Under the pieces are notes generated by a model, which saw nothing but the letters and a program-made list of their open reading frames with translations, did no database searches and had not been told where the DNA came from. A DNA stretch of 64,000 nt from Felis catus (lineage: Eukaryota), in contig NC_058368.1 in the NCBI RefSeq assembly GCF_018350175.1, forward strand, positions 2,356,001 through 2,420,000. The letters are read 5' to 3'. The position numbers and the translations under genes are program-made. Position 1 is the first letter of the stretch. Each line of letters opens with the position of its first letter. Shown one piece after another: positions 36,765 to 50,819 of this stretch.

Positions 36765-38070
36765 GACCTTTTCAACAAATGGTGCTGGGACAACTGGATG
36801 GATACTCAAATGCAAAAGGATGCATATGGCCCCTACCTCTTACCATATACAAAAGTTAACTCAATGGATCACAGATCTAAACAGAAGAACTAAAACTATA
36901 CGAACTTTTACAAGAGGTGAAATTCTTCATGAACCCAGATTAGCTCACAGATTCTTTAACGGACACCTACAGCACAAGCAACCAAGGGGAGCCTGGGTGG
37001 CTCAGGCGGTTGTGTCGACTTCGGCTCAGGTCATGATCTCGCGGTTCGTGGGTTCGAGCCCTGCGTCGGACTCTGTGGTGACAGCTCGGAGCCTGGAGCC
37101 TGCTTCCCATTCTGTGTCTCCCTCTCTCTCTGTCCTTCCCCTGCTCATGTGCGCTCTCTCTCTCAAAAATAAATATTTAAAAATAATTTAAAAAACCAAA
37201 CAAACAAGCAACTAAAGGAAAGAAAATGGATCAACTGGACTTCATCAAGATTAAGACCTTGTGTGTCAAAGGAGACTATCAAAAAAGGGAAAAGACAGCA
37301 TCCAGAATGGGAGAACATTACTGGAAATAATTTATCTGGTAACGGTCTAATATTCAGAATATATAAAGAACTCTTACAACTCCATAATAAAAACCTAAAT
37401 AAGCCCGGTAAAAATGGGTAAAAAATATGAAGATATTTTTCCAAAGAAGGTGTTCCAGTGGCCAACACGTACGTACATAAATAGATGCTCGATATGACCG
37501 TTCATCAGGAAAATGCAAATTGGTACCACAAGATAACACTTCACGCGCACTAGGATGGCGATCATAAAAAAACAAACATTGGAAAATAACAAGTTTGGGG
37601 GAGGATGTAGAGAGATGGAACCCTCACACGCTGCTAGCGGGAATGTAGAAACGGTGCGGACTCGGGGGAAGAGTTTGGCTGTTCCTCAAAAAACTCGACA
37701 GAATCACCACACGACCCAGCATTCCGCTCCTAAGTATACACCCACGAGAAGTGGGAACACGTTTGTACAAAAGCCTGCACGCGAATGTCAGGGAAGTGTT
37801 TGCTTATCTGCGGTAACCAAAAAGTTGAAACCACCACCAAGTGACAGATGACAAAACAGGAACAGTATGTCCATAAACTAGAATATGGTCAGCCGTTTAA
37901 GAAACGAAGTAATATATGCTATAACATAACGAGTCTTGAGAACATTATGCTAACTGAAAGAAGTCAGACACAAAAGGACAAATACCGTATGATTCCACTC
38001 ATAAGAGGTATCCAGAACAGGCAAATTCATAGAGACAGGAAGTAGATCAGGAATATAACAAAGGTAAGTA
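36765..38070 (+). mobile_element. L1M 3' portion (antisense to MICU2), interrupted by a SINE
   Basis: ttttcaacaaatggtgctgggacaactggat...; ENIMLTERSQTQKDKYRMIPLI. Confidence 0.85.
36986..37200 (+). mobile_element. CAN-SINE inserted in L1
   Basis: Full body; TSD acaagcaac(c/t)aa. Confidence 0.92.
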
Positions 38071-38094
38071 GAGAGAGGGCGAAAGTATTACTGA

Positions 38095-38218
38095 TTGATC
38101 CCACAGCCCTATCCCAGACCTTCAGAATCAACATCATCAGGGGAGGCCGGAAAGAGCTTGAGATTTTTAACAAGTGCTCCAAGTGAATGTATCATGAAGC
38201 AAGTTTGGAAAATCCTGT
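38095..38218. mobile_element. MER5-like hAT-Charlie remnant
   Basis: cccagaccttcagaatca...ttttaacaagtgctccaagtga...aagtttggaaaatcctg. Confidence 0.65.
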
Positions 38219-38347
38219 TATCACATTTGATTAGAAAGAATGAAATTATACCTAATTTGATAGAGTTGAAAACGATCGCAGAGACTAGCCCCAAATCAAT
38301 ACCTATGATAGTGGCAAAAATAAAAACTATATATATATATATTTCAA

Positions 38348-38550
38348 TTTTTTTTAATGTTTATTTATGTGACAGAGAGAGAGAGAGAGAGAGAGATCTC
38401 TTTGACAGAGCATGAGTGGGGGAAGGGCAGAGACAGAGGGAGACCCAGAATCCGAAGCAGGCCACTAGGCGGGGCTCAAACTCACAGACCGTGAGATCAT
38501 GACCTGAGCCGAAGTCAGACGCTCAACCGACTGAGCCATCCAGGTGCCTC
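38348..38550 (-). mobile_element. CAN-SINE
   Basis: Reverse body with internal deletion; flanks aactatatat. Confidence 0.9.
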
Positions 38551-40537
38551 AAGAACTATATATTTTAACTATAACCATTTTAAAATTTAAGATTCATTTG
38601 TGGAATTTCAAAAGTCCAAGATAAATACACAAAGACATGGGCTCACACAAGCAACCCTGGCACATGCACCACAATAAACTGCCAACAGGTTAAGCTGAAT
38701 TTGGTTTATTTATTTATTTGCAAATAGTCTATGTTGTAAGTATATACAAAGGCCCTCAATATATGGAGGTAAGGAACAGTCAGGACCAGTATGGGGCGAG
38801 CTTCCTGTGGTATCTTTCTACTACTGGCCTTACTCCTCTCTTCCCAGACACTCCCTGACATCTCTTCTGTGACTCCTTTTTGTTTACACTTGGCTTTCAG
38901 TATAGAGGATTAAGCTGTGACTTTATTCTTAAGGGGATTTATATTATAAAAAGGCTTCTGGTTGTGGGAAAAAAGTTTTTTAAGAATTAAGCTAAAATCA
39001 GTCCAACAAGTGGTGGAACAGATATTTTTTATGGGGTAGCGGCAGCACTGATTTCCCTCCAATACTATTACCAATAATTATTATAAACTGTAGCTGCATA
39101 AACAGGAGATACAAATACCTGCCTTCTCTTGGGAAAGAGTTCTCATGGTAAAATGCACCCTGTTACCTTAGGCCAGACGCTTTTGGTTTTCCAAAGCTAC
39201 ATAAATTCATTAATGTTTGGTTTTCAGTTTTTAACCACTGAAACTTAAGCAGAGTTACAACTAAAAATACTTATTGTGCCCCCCCGCCCCAATTTTGGGA
39301 ATAATGCTTATTGTAAGATCTTTAAAAGATATGGAAAAGAATAAAAGAATTAAAATCCTTCACACTCCGAGAACGCAGACACAACAACTGCCCCGATGCT
39401 TTGCATCTTCCCTAATAAGAGTAACAATTACAGGAAGTGGGTAAATTTCAGAGCCCCCCACGTGCCAGAACTCAGTGCTCCACTTGTATCACGTTACTGA
39501 ATCTTCACCCCTGAAGGGAGGTGCTGCTGGCATGCCCGTGTCAGCGACGAGGCAATCGAGGCTGGGAGACCCACTACGTCCAGGGGGCAGGGGCAGCGTC
39601 CCAACTCAGCACGCATGCTCTCAAGTGTGCTGCTCTCTTTCCGTCTCCGTATGCCGACTCCATCCATGCCTGGAGCCCCTGGGCCCTACGATCTGCTTGA
39701 TGCCGCCACCGTTGCATTGTTCCTTTCGCCTGCTGGTGTTGTAATTTCCCACCTGGCTCAGTTTCCACGTCCGACCAGTGCGATCATTTCCTTGCTTCTA
39801 TGTCACGTTGTCACATGCTCTTGGCCGACCCCAGCCCTGGTCAGAGCCAACTCCCTGCCTTTTCCGTCCCAACACTTGTCCAGTGAACATGGAGAAAAGT
39901 AACTACAATCACGATGATTAGACTCACTTAAAATTCGTAAGTAGTGACCTCCACTGGGATTACAATAAGGCTACTGGCGATCATGTTACATTTCTCAATC
40001 CTTACGATCAAACCTGACTGTTTTAGAAGACTACTCTGGCAAATCTCCAACACCCCACCCCCTTCTTCACTCTCAGCCGATGACCTGGATTCTTGATTCA
40101 CCGAGAAAGAGAAACAGAATTTGCACGAGCTCCCACCATGCAGCGTGCCTTTTCCAAGGCCAAGCTTCCGCGGTGTTATTAGTCTCTTTCCCCTCCTACT
40201 TTCTCAAAGACTTTGTCCTGGAAACTCTCTCTTTGCTGCACTGTCAAGTTTTCCTCTCTCATCTGTCAACGTATAAACTTTTGTTTTTCCTGTCTTAAAA
40301 AAATCCTCTCTTGATCTCACTTCCACTGCCATCTACTGCCTCAAACTTCTCTTTCCTTTTATGCCAAACCCCTCACCGTCTGTTTTCGTTTTTTTTCCAC
40401 TTTCTCTTTTCCCATTCCCATTAAAAGCGACTCTAGCTAGGCTTTTTTTCACACCACTGCACCAAAACTGCACCTATGAAAAGCCACCAATAAACCCTCA
40501 TGTTGCCAAATCCAATGTTCAATCCATTCATTTACTT

Positions 40538-41965
40538 GTTTTTTAACTGAAGTATAGCTGGCAATCAATACTATATTAGTGTCACATGTACAACATAGTG
40601 ACTCCACATTTAACACATGACGAAATTCTGACCACAAAGGTAGCTACAACCATCCTTCACCATACAAAGTTATTACAATATTTTATTTTTATAATTTTTT
40701 CAATGTTTATTTTTGAGAGAGAGACAGAGCATGAGTGGGCGAGGAGCAGAGACAGAGGGAGACACAGAATCCGAAGCAGGCTCCAGGCTCCGAGCTGTTA
40801 GCACAGAGCCCGACGCGGGGCTTGAATTCATGAACTGCGAGATCATGACCTGAGCCAAAGTCAGATGCTAAACTGACTGAGCCACCCAGGCACCCCTCAC
40901 TTGTTTTGGTTTTTAGATTCCACATATAAGTGAAATCATTTGGTACTTGTCTTTCTCTGGCTTATGTCACTTAGCCTAACACCTTCTAGGTCCATCAATG
41001 TTGTAAGATTGCAAATTGCAAGATTTCATTTTTTATGGCTAAGTAATATTCCACTGCAGTATAAGATATATCATAGGCTCCCCCCACCTTTTTTATTTGA
41101 GTATAGTTGACACACAATGTTACATTGTTTCAAGTGTACCACATAGCGATTTGACAGGTTTACACATTATGCTATGTTCCCAAGATACACTGCATCACTA
41201 TCCATTCATCCACTGATGGACATGTGGGTTGCTTCCGTATCTTGGCAGTTGTAAATGATGCCGCTACGAACACAGGGGTGCATATACTTTTTCAAATTGG
41301 TGTTTCCATTTTCTTCAGGTAAATATCCAGAAGCGAAATTACTGGATCATATGGTATTTCTACTTTTAATGTTTTGAGTAACACCATACTGCTTTCCATA
41401 GTGGCCGTACCAATTTGCATTCCTACCAATAGTGCACAAGGGATCCCTCTTCTCCACATCCTTGCCAACACTTACATTTCTTACCTTTTTGACACTAACC
41501 ATTCTGACAGGTGTAACGTGCTATGTCACTGTGGTTTTGATTTGCATTTCTCTGGTGATTAGTGATGTTGAGCATCACATGTGTCTGTTGGCCATGTAGT
41601 TTTCTTTTTTTTTAAATGTCTATTCTCACCCTCGACCCATTTTTAAATCAGATTGGGCTTTTGGTGTTGAGTTGTATGACATATTTATATATTTTGGATA
41701 TTAACCTGTTATCAGATACATCATTTGCAAATATCTTCCCCATTCAGTAGGTTGTCTTTTCATTTTGTTGATAGTTTCCCTGCCATGCAAAAGCTTTTTA
41801 GTTTGCTGTGGTTCCAACTGTTCATTATTATTTTTGTTGTCTTTGCCTGAGGAGACAGATCCAAAATAATATTGTTAAGACCGATGTCCAAAAGTTTATC
41901 ACCTATGTTTTCTTTTAGGAGTTTTATGGCTTCAGGTGTCACATTTAGGTCTTTAATCCATGTTA
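40538..41965 (-). mobile_element. Carnivore L1 3' portion with nested SINE (40695-40896) and a short second L1 tail (about 41090-41180)
   Basis: ORF2 C-terminal similarity (PEAIKLLKENIGDKLLDIGL...WNHSKLKSFC); two separate tttt..gagtatag(c/t)tg 3' termini. Confidence 0.85.
40695..40896 (-). mobile_element. CAN-SINE
   Basis: Full reverse body ending caggcacccc. Confidence 0.93.
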
Positions 41966-42074
41966 GTTAATCTCTTAGCTTTAAATAACACTAATTTACT
42001 GAAAAGTCTTAAATTTACACTTTTGGTTCAATTCTCTTTCTTGTGTATCTAACTGCTTACCCAATCTCTTCTCT

Positions 42075-42560
42075 TGTTAATGAACACCTGCTATATGTCA
42101 AGTACTTTTCTGGGCATTTGGTCTGTGTCACTGAGCACAAGAGACAAAAATCCCTGCTCACAGGGAACAGGCATTCTAGGGGTGGAAGACAGACAGTAAA
42201 CCTAGAAAATAAGTAAATCAGATATAGCATACATTAGATCATGATAAGTGTTATGAGAAGAACCTGAACAAGGTAAGAGGGATTAAAAGTGCAGCAAAAT
42301 GAATGGGTGTGTGCGTGTGTGTGTGTGAGACTACAGTTCTTCATTGAGAAGGCAATTTTAGCAAAAAGGGAAGGGATTAACCAAGAGATATCTGGACAAT
42401 GTGTTGCAGGCAAAGGGAACATGCAGTGTAAAGGCCCTACATGGGACACGTTTGCTGTGTCTGACGGGAAGCAAGGTGGCCGTGTGGCTGGAAAGGAGAG
42501 CTAAGAAGAGAATAACAGGAGTTCAAGGTCAGAGAGGTGATGGTGGTGGGCAGATAACTT
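42075..42560. mobile_element. L2 3' end remnant
   Basis: tgaacacctgctatatgtcaagtactt...acaagagacaaaaatccctgctc...agggaacatgcagtgtaaaggccct. Confidence 0.65.
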
Positions 42561-43023
42561 TATAAAATACTTTAATGTCATATTTAATCCAGCTCTGTGT
42601 ATCTGTCTAACTTGGATTTATGAGAAACAGAAGGGCAGTAGATAGCATGCTTATGTCTAGTCTTTGGAGAAAGGGCTAAAAATTTATGTTGTAGGTCTTG
42701 AATATTTGGACAGCCCCCTCCATCACTGCTGTCTGGGCTGGCTTTTTAGCAAACTTTCCTGTATTTTCATTGCAAAGCCTGCAAATGAGGTTAAAAAAGA
42801 AATTGCCAATCTTAGCACATCCTTCATCCACTTCTGTGCCTCCTGCCTTAGTTTGGTCAGCTAAATAAAAATGCAGCTCTGTCTGACTAAATGAATTGAA
42901 ATAAAGTGTCCTAAACAAAATTTATAAGGTAGACAGATACTGTGCAACATTCCATATGTGCTATTATAACAGCATTTGTTCTAAGGCATTATATAAATAT
43001 GTTAAAGAATCATATAATATGTA

Positions 43024-43234
43024 GGGGTGCCTGGATGGCTCAGTCGGTTAAGTGTCCGACTTCGGCTCAGGTCATGATCTCACGGCACCCGAGTTCGAAC
43101 CCTGTGTTGTGCTCTGTGCGGACAGCTCAGAGCCTGGAGCCTGCTTTGTGTCTCCTCTGCTCTCTGCCCCTCCCCCACTCACACTCAGTCAGTCTCTCTC
43201 TCTCTCTCTCTCTCTCAAAAATAAACATTAAAAA
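43024..43234 (+). mobile_element. CAN-SINE
   Basis: TSD aaagaatcatataata. Confidence 0.93.
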
Positions 43235-43699
43235 AAAGAATCATATAATAGGTATAAGATATACATTATATGATAACAGAACAATACATTCGATTAAGCA
43301 CGATGGCCATTAAGGCAAAAAGAAAAGTACGCTTGACCACAAAATTTTCATTTTCTAACATAACACAACGTTCTAACAGTATAAAGACATATTCTGGTAA
43401 TCATAAACACATTTTCAGCAACGTTTTTAATTATGAAGATGCCAAAATTAATTCACTAAAATTATAATGTATGAGGAATACACCAAGTATCATATTCTAC
43501 TAAAACAAGCAGCCTGATCAAACTAGCATGAGAAAAAGTCATATGAAATTTGGCTATTTTCTCCAAATAAAGCTGAAGTGAATTTCTCAGGGCAGTATGG
43601 CTGCTTTGTTATAAACACAGCTTTATTATGCAACAGTTGGTTGTTAAGTTGCTTTGCATGACTAAGCAAAGAGCACAACACAGAGGAGAGACATAGGCA

Positions 43700-45420
43700 C
43701 CAGCCAGAGCGACAAGGGCTCTGAGTGTTAAGCTAAAAGTTGTGGGAAACGCTAAATAATTTTAAGTGGGAGTGTAAAAGGATGAGTTGTTAGTACGGGG
43801 AGAAAAGAAGCCTAAACTGAAGGAAAGGCAGCCATTGCAATAATCCAGGGAGAAGTGCTGACAGCCTAAACTGAAGCAAAGGAAATAAGAAAAGGGCAGA
43901 CACAAGAGAAATTAAGGAGGCAGAATGAGCAGGTCTTGGTGATGGGCTGTATATAAAAATGAGAGAGATACAGATGTCTGTGAAAACTCCCAAAAGACTG
44001 AGTGGCTCAGGGAGGTGATGAGGGTTGTGCCATCACAAAGAAGATACGGGGCAAGAAAAGATTTGATGGGAATTCAGGCTCAGACACGTTGATTTTCTTT
44101 TTTAAAAAATTATTTTTATTTGTGAGAGAGAGAGAGAGGACATGTGCCTGCACACGCGATCTGCGGGGGCGGGGCAGAGGGAGTGGGGAGGCAGGGGGTG
44201 GGGGGAGAGAGAGGAGAGAGAGGAGGGAGAGAGGACAGCAAGAGAGAGAGAGAGAATCCTGAGCAAGCTCCGCACTCAGTGCAGGGCCCAACGTGGGGCT
44301 CGATCTCACGAGCCACGAGATCATGACCTGAGCCGAAATCAAGAGTTGGATGAGCCACCCAGGTGCCCCAGACGTGCTGAGTTCCTAATGCCTGTGGGGA
44401 TAACACCCAAGTGTCTAACGGACAGCCAAGATATGTGCTTCTGGTGGCCACCAGAGTTTGAGGCTAAAGCGAAAAATATCTAAAGGAACAGCCACTTAAA
44501 CAGCTGAAGTCATGAGTGACAATAAAATCATTCAGGGATTATGCATAGAGTGACTAGAGCTAAGGGAGCATATGGGCATTTAAGAATCGATAGGTAGAAG
44601 AGTAGCCACAAAACCAGCTGAGAGGTAACGAATACATCTGTTAGAAAAAAACAAACAAACAGGAAATATGTGTTACGGGGAGAACAAAGTTTCGAGGAGG
44701 GAGTAAATGCTGCTCAAAGATTAAGAAGACTCAGAAGAAGCAGCCTTTGGTCTTGGCAATCTGGAGGTCGGTGGTAATGTTTAAAAGATAACATTCAGTG
44801 GAGAGGTTAGAGAGGAAGCCAGGCTGCGGGGCACCGAAGTGTACGTGAGCTGTAAAGCAAGGAGTATGGATGGCTGAAATCTGGCTGCGAAGACAAGAGC
44901 CAAAGAGAAGCGGAGATCACGTTCACGTTGGGGATTTTTCCGAGAGTAAGCACACAGGACGACTTGTAAATTTCAGAGGAGGCAGTAGAGATTCAAAGAA
45001 TGCCAAAACTAGGAGATGGTGGGGGAATTAGTGTCAGCAGCGTGAGGAGCACACCAGCCTGAGGGTGTGTAAATGCCTTAGAGGGTCCAGGTGAAGCCGA
45101 AGAACGTAAATTTAGAGGCTCCAATCCGCACGGTCATGTGACTTTTCTCCCAAGAGGTCTTAGGTTTAACAAGAAAGACACAGGAGAAAGATGTCTGAAA
45201 GCAAGCATCGGTGAGTGACAAGATGACAAACCATGCAGCTACAGAAAAGGAAGAAGATCCAGAAGTGCCGAGGTGTTTTGGGTATTAGAAAGTGGGGCAG
45301 GTGGAGGGTCGCCAGAGACTGGGACTCTGATCTGAAATTGCTGAACCGGAGCAATCCCAGGCAATGGGCATAGGATGTGAGCGAAAGGAGGCCAGGTCCC
45401 TGGAACTGAGAACCTTACAG
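43700..45420. mobile_element. L2 remnant interrupted by a SINE
   Basis: Purine-rich tract with L2-like motifs (gccattgcaataatccagggaga, ttggtcttggcaatctggaggtc). Boundaries uncertain. Confidence 0.5.
44095..44368 (-). mobile_element. CAN-SINE with expanded G/GA-rich middle
   Basis: Reverse body ending caggtgcccc; flanks cagacacgttga / cagacgtgctga. Confidence 0.88.
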
Positions 45421-47189
45421 TTGTAAGGCTAAAGAAATTGAGTAGAAAATAGCAAGCTGGAATTCAATGTAAAGGAACCTAAATAAGGGAAAATGGTGTT
45501 TCAACCACATAAACTAGTTCTCAAGGGAGCATGCTTTTATGGCATTTAGAGTCTGCAAAGGGGAATCAACGATGGCACGGACCTGCCCCAAACCGAGCAA
45601 AGAATGGAGAGGCAGCATCGAACGTCCCCTTGAAAGCAGAGCAGCCCCATCAATTACCATCAGCAAAGTGTATTATTTGCACCAAGTCCCAAAAACTACG
45701 TCCCGGGCAAAAGTGAGTTTCGGATCTAATAAATCTCAGATTGTTTTGTTTCTTTCTGTTCATACGATGAAGATCATGGGTCACTGGGTTGGCTCATGCT
45801 TTTCCTTGTTTTTCTGTTCACCATGATCCGAAGGAATGCAACCAAGATTATTATCTTCTTATCCATGATGAAAAATGAAGATGAAGTACATCATATGCAT
45901 AAAGGACGTATTATTTGGCCTGCAAATTACTGAATTCTTGATTTAGCTAAATGCCTTCTGATGAGTTTAATTGCATTCCAATGAATAATAAAAGTGCAAA
46001 CACTCTTAAGAACCTAAATTGGTTAAATCAAGCACTGCATAAAAACGATGAAACAAAGAAAAAAGCCATGTAAACTTTGAACTCGATTAGAAGAATAGCA
46101 TGGGTCTGTGGCTAAAATAAGGTGAAAGCAAAAACTGGATTCAACTGAAAGAAGATAAAAGGGAAGAAATTCTTTGATAACATTAAGCATAAAATAATAG
46201 TTGATGAGGAACAAAATACAAATGTTTAAGGGGAAGAGAAAACAAATACTACTGCCTATTACTTACAAGTATATGATACATTAATACTTTGAGGATGATG
46301 ATCCGTTCCTTACAACCTCTACTTGGAACACTTATATGAAAAAATGAGCAAAAATTATAGTCTAGGAGACAGCACAGACATTTCTGATACCCAAGAGCTG
46401 TCTGGCTACAAAATATTTCTAGGTAATTCTTCCGTTATCTTTTGTTTTTGCCCATACTGTCTATCATCCCACTGTTTTGTGTCTTTTAGAACCAAAATTT
46501 TCAGAAAAAGCAATCTGTATCTGCTGTTTTCCTTCCTTCTGATTCTGTTCACCTGCCCACCAGTCTCTTGAAACTGGTCTACCAAAGGTCCTCATGGCTC
46601 ATGCTAGTGACCAAATGCAATAGCCTGTTTCCAGTTATCATTCTACTGGACCTTTCTGGAACATCCACCCACACTCTTGACCAAATATTTTCTGACTTCT
46701 TTGATACTACATTCTCACTGCTGGTTAATAGTCGTATTTTAAAATTCTCTGTAATTGCCTCTTCTTGTTTCACTTACCTTTTAAATGTCGATTTAAGAAG
46801 CATTTTAAACTTTTTCTCTTTTATACCCACAATATATTTTGCAGATGAATTAGAAAATTGTAAGAACAAGAAGAAAATATAAAAAACTGACAGGGCCAGA
46901 AACTCAGCGTGTACTATTAGCAGCTGGTGATACCCTTGCAGGCTGTATTTTATGCTTTATGATGAAACCAGAAATGAGTAGCAGAAGGAAAACTAAAAAA
47001 TTCAAATGTTGTGGACATTAAGCAACACACCATTCAAATAACCAATGGGTCAAGGGAGCAATGACAAGGGAAATTAGAAAATACCTTGAGAAGAATGGAA
47101 ATGAAAATCACCACATACTGAAACTTATAGGACACATTAAAAACACTGCCTACGGTGTTGCTTTTGCTACAGGAACTTAAGTGGGTACT

Positions 47190-47416
47190 GGGGAGCACCC
47201 GGGTGGCTCAGTCGGTTAAGTGTCCGACTTCAGCTCAGGTCATGATCTCACGGTTTGTGGGTTCGAGCCCCGAGTCGGGTTCTGTGCTCACAGCTCGGAG
47301 CCTGGAGCCTGCTTCCCATTCTGCGTCTCCCTCTCTCTCCGCCCCTCTGCTGCTCGTGCTCTGTCTCTTTCTCTCAAAAATAAATAAACGTTAAAAAAAT
47401 TTTTTTTCAATAAAAA
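47190..47416 (+). mobile_element. CAN-SINE inserted in old L1
   Basis: TSD aagtgggtactg. Confidence 0.94.
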
Positions 47417-47764
47417 AAGTGGGTACTGAAGCCTCTATTATTGTTGAATTATCTATTTCTGTCTTAATGTCTACAGTTTTTCCTTCATGTATCTTGATAT
47501 GCTCTTCTTACTAGGTGCACAGTTATATCTTGCTGGTGGATGGCCCTTTTCTCATTATAAAATGTCCCTATTTATTTCTGGTAACATTTTTTAAAGTCTA
47601 TTTTATTTGATACTAGTAGAGCCACTCCAGCATACTTGTGGTGGTCATTTGTATATCTTTTCCCATCTTTTCACTTTCACTCCTTTTTCTTTTTCTTTTT
47701 TGCATCTAGACTGCGTCTGCCGTTAACAGCAATTAGTTGGATGTTGTTTTTAAACCTAGTCTGA

Positions 47765-48540
47765 CCACATGAAAAGATGTTCATCATCACTTACCATCAG
47801 GGAAATACAAATGAAAACTACGATGAGCTATCACCTCCCACCTGTCGGAGGTGGCTAAAATCAGCAACACAAGAAACAACAGGTGTCGGCAAGGATGTGG
47901 CAAAAAAGGAACCCTCTTGCGCTGCTGACGGGAATGCAAACTGGTGCGGCTGCTGCGGAAAACAGTATGGAGGTTCCTCAAAAAGCTAAAAATAGAACCA
48001 TCTTACGACCCAGCAGTTGCACTATTGAGCATTTACCCAAAGAATACAAAAACACTAATTCAAAGGGATATATGCACCCTGTGTTTACTGCAGCATTACT
48101 GACAATAACTAAGATATGAAGAAGCCTAAGTGCCCATGGACTGATAAACGGATAAAGAAGATGTGTCCTGTATATATACATACTAGATTATTTGGCCATG
48201 ATAAGAATGAAATCTTGCCATTTGCACTGATACAGATGGAGCTAGAGAGTATACATGCTAAGTGAAATAAGTCAGAGAAAGACAAATATCCTATGATTTC
48301 ACTCCTATGTGGAATTTAAGAAACAGAATGAGCAAAGGGGGAAAAAAAGAGACAAATCAAGAAACAGACTTTTAATTATATGGAATAAACTGACGGTTAC
48401 CGAAGGGGAGAGGAGTTGAGGGATGGGTTAAACAGGTGATAGGGATTAAGGAGGGCACTTGTACTGAGTACAGAATTGCTGAATCACTATGTTGTGCACC
48501 TGAAACCAATATAACACTGTATTTTAATTGGAATTTAAAA
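47765..48540 (+). mobile_element. 5'-truncated carnivore L1 nested in an older minus-strand L1
   Basis: ORF2 C-terminus plus 3'UTR; TSD aaa(c/t)ctagtctgac near 47752 and 48540. Confidence 0.88.
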
Positions 48541-50819
48541 AATCTAGTCTGACGAATTCCGCCTTTTGATTGGATTGCTCGATCCATTCCCATCTGATGA
48601 TAGTCCTGACATAGCTGATTTATATCTACCATTTTACTTTGTGTTTTCTATGTGTGTTAAGCCTCGGACGTTGCTTCTCGGGGAGGCACAACTTTGGGTG
48701 TGCCCACAATCACTGGGATGACAATAGTTTTTGGCAGTTCTCCTGGTCCCTTTCCCTGACCGTATCGCGGGGTTAAGCTCCACTAACTGTCAGCTAACTA
48801 CTGTTTCTGAGAATGCCTGGGACACAGATTGCTTTGGACAACAATACAATCAAAATTGGGCTCCTTGAAGGCATGGTTCCCATGGTCAGTATTTAATATT
48901 TGTTATGAACCCAGGAGGGCTCTTTCTAGCTGCCTTTCTCTCATTCTTTTCTGCAAACTAGCCAGCCTACACTTAAGCTTGTTATCTTCACTGAACCTGT
49001 CAAAATCCTCTCCATTACCTTTCACCACTCTCTTCTACCTGTTTTTTTTTTAGAGCATCCTCAGGCTTAAGCTTCTCTCTGCTGTTTAAAATAAAGTCAG
49101 TTTCTTTGCAAAGAGATTAGGAACTATTTTTATTTTTTTTTACCACCTGCTTCTTCCCCCAGGCAATATCTTTGACCCAGGCCTCTAGAGCTGGGAGTAG
49201 GGCTCTGACACCTCTACTCCAAAAGGTGGGTGGTAGGAATCTCCAGTCTCAGTGTGGAAGCAATGCCTTATGAGCTGGGAAAAGAGAAATCAAGGTTTCA
49301 ATATTCTCAGTGGCACAGAGCCCAAGGCAGACTCTCAATTCTGTAAGTGAGGTCTGGGGGGGGCAAGAAGGCAGCTCCGACCTCTGAACTGCACTTGCAC
49401 AGAATTTAGCCTTGGCAAGTAACTGAGGGCAGGCAGGATGAGAAACGCCGGTGTCCTGCTCAACCCTGGGAAGTGAGTCTTCCGACTAGGAGCTGCGGGT
49501 AGAGGGAACCCTGTGTTCTTGGCTGCACCAGTCTGGAATGGAGTTTCGGCCTCAATGAACTGAAAGGAGGGAGGGATCAGTCTTAGTTCAAACACTACAG
49601 ACCCTCATTTCTTATCCAATTTTAGCTGATTTTTTGAATATATGCTTCTCCATGTGCTGTATGGCCTTAAGAACATTTCTAGAGACTTTAAATGATATTT
49701 TAAAATATTTAATCAGTTTCAGTGGGAAGCAGGTCCATGGAGCTCCTCAGGTTGACACGATGGGAGCTGATCTCTTCAGTTTGTTCACTTACTACTAAAT
49801 AAAATTCCATCGTATAAACACACGAACAGTGTATTTATCCATTCTCTAAATGATGGACACTTGGGTTGTTTCTAGCTTTTTTTGCTACTACTGCTGCTAT
49901 GAGTATTCTTATACATATATTCTATACATGGGCAAGTGTTCCTGTTGGTTGTGCAGTATGTATACACAGAGGAAGGGGCTTTTTAGATCAAAAGTTATGC
50001 CAACTTTACAAGGCAATGCCAGATTGTTTTCTAAAGCACCTGTTCCAGTCGATGCTTATAACCAATAGGATATAAAAGTAAGGCCTTATTGATCTATATC
50101 CTCTATAGCCTTTGTTATTAAGAGACTTGACTGCTGAAAATCTAAAAGGTATAAACTTGTATCTTGTAGTCACTAATAAAGGTAAATATATGTTTAAGTT
50201 TATTGTTCTTGTATGTTTCCTCTTCTGTGAATGCTACTTGTTTCTTCTGCCCATTTTTTGATCAGGTTGTCTTTTTCTTATTGATTTGTAGATTTGTACA
50301 TATTTTAAATATTCTTTGTCAGCGCCGTACATAAATGTTGCCAGTTGGTGGCTTGTCTTCAATTTTTCTAACGTGACTTTGGATAAACAGAAGTTCTAAT
50401 TTTAATATAGTTGAATTTGTCAATCTCTTATGTTAGTCCTTTTTGTGTTTTAAGAAATGTTTCTCTAGCCCAAGGAGACAGAGTTTTAAAATTATTTTTA
50501 TAATTTAACAATTTTAAAATTATCTCCTTCCATATAGAGTAGATTTATTGAATAGGTCCTCCTTTCCACGCTGATTTACAATGCCCCTTCTACCCTACAT
50601 GAGCTCCACTTATGCCCATGTGTTTCTGGGCTCTATCCTGCTCCAGTGGCCAATCTGTCTATTCCTGTACCAATGCCACTTGATATTAATTACTATAACT
50701 TCATAATAAGTCGTAAGCTGGTAGGAGTGTCTTAGATAGTTCAGGCCTGTTGTTTTTCCACTCAAATTTTCAAATCAGCCTGTCATAATACATACACACA
50801 CACACCCTACTGGGACTTA

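Larger units (their letters stand above)
47160..50800 (-). mobile_element. Older L1M fragments (EN region, 5'UTR-like and 3' remnants) hosting nested elements
   Basis: Endonuclease-region similarity at 47420-47760, resuming at 48555-48650; L1ME-like 3' sequence at 49790-50790. Confidence 0.6.

Noticed and set aside
45500..45900. Possible second pseudogene or hidden exon
   Set aside because: No recognisable protein similarity, poly(A) tail or splice pair, so it is left unassigned.
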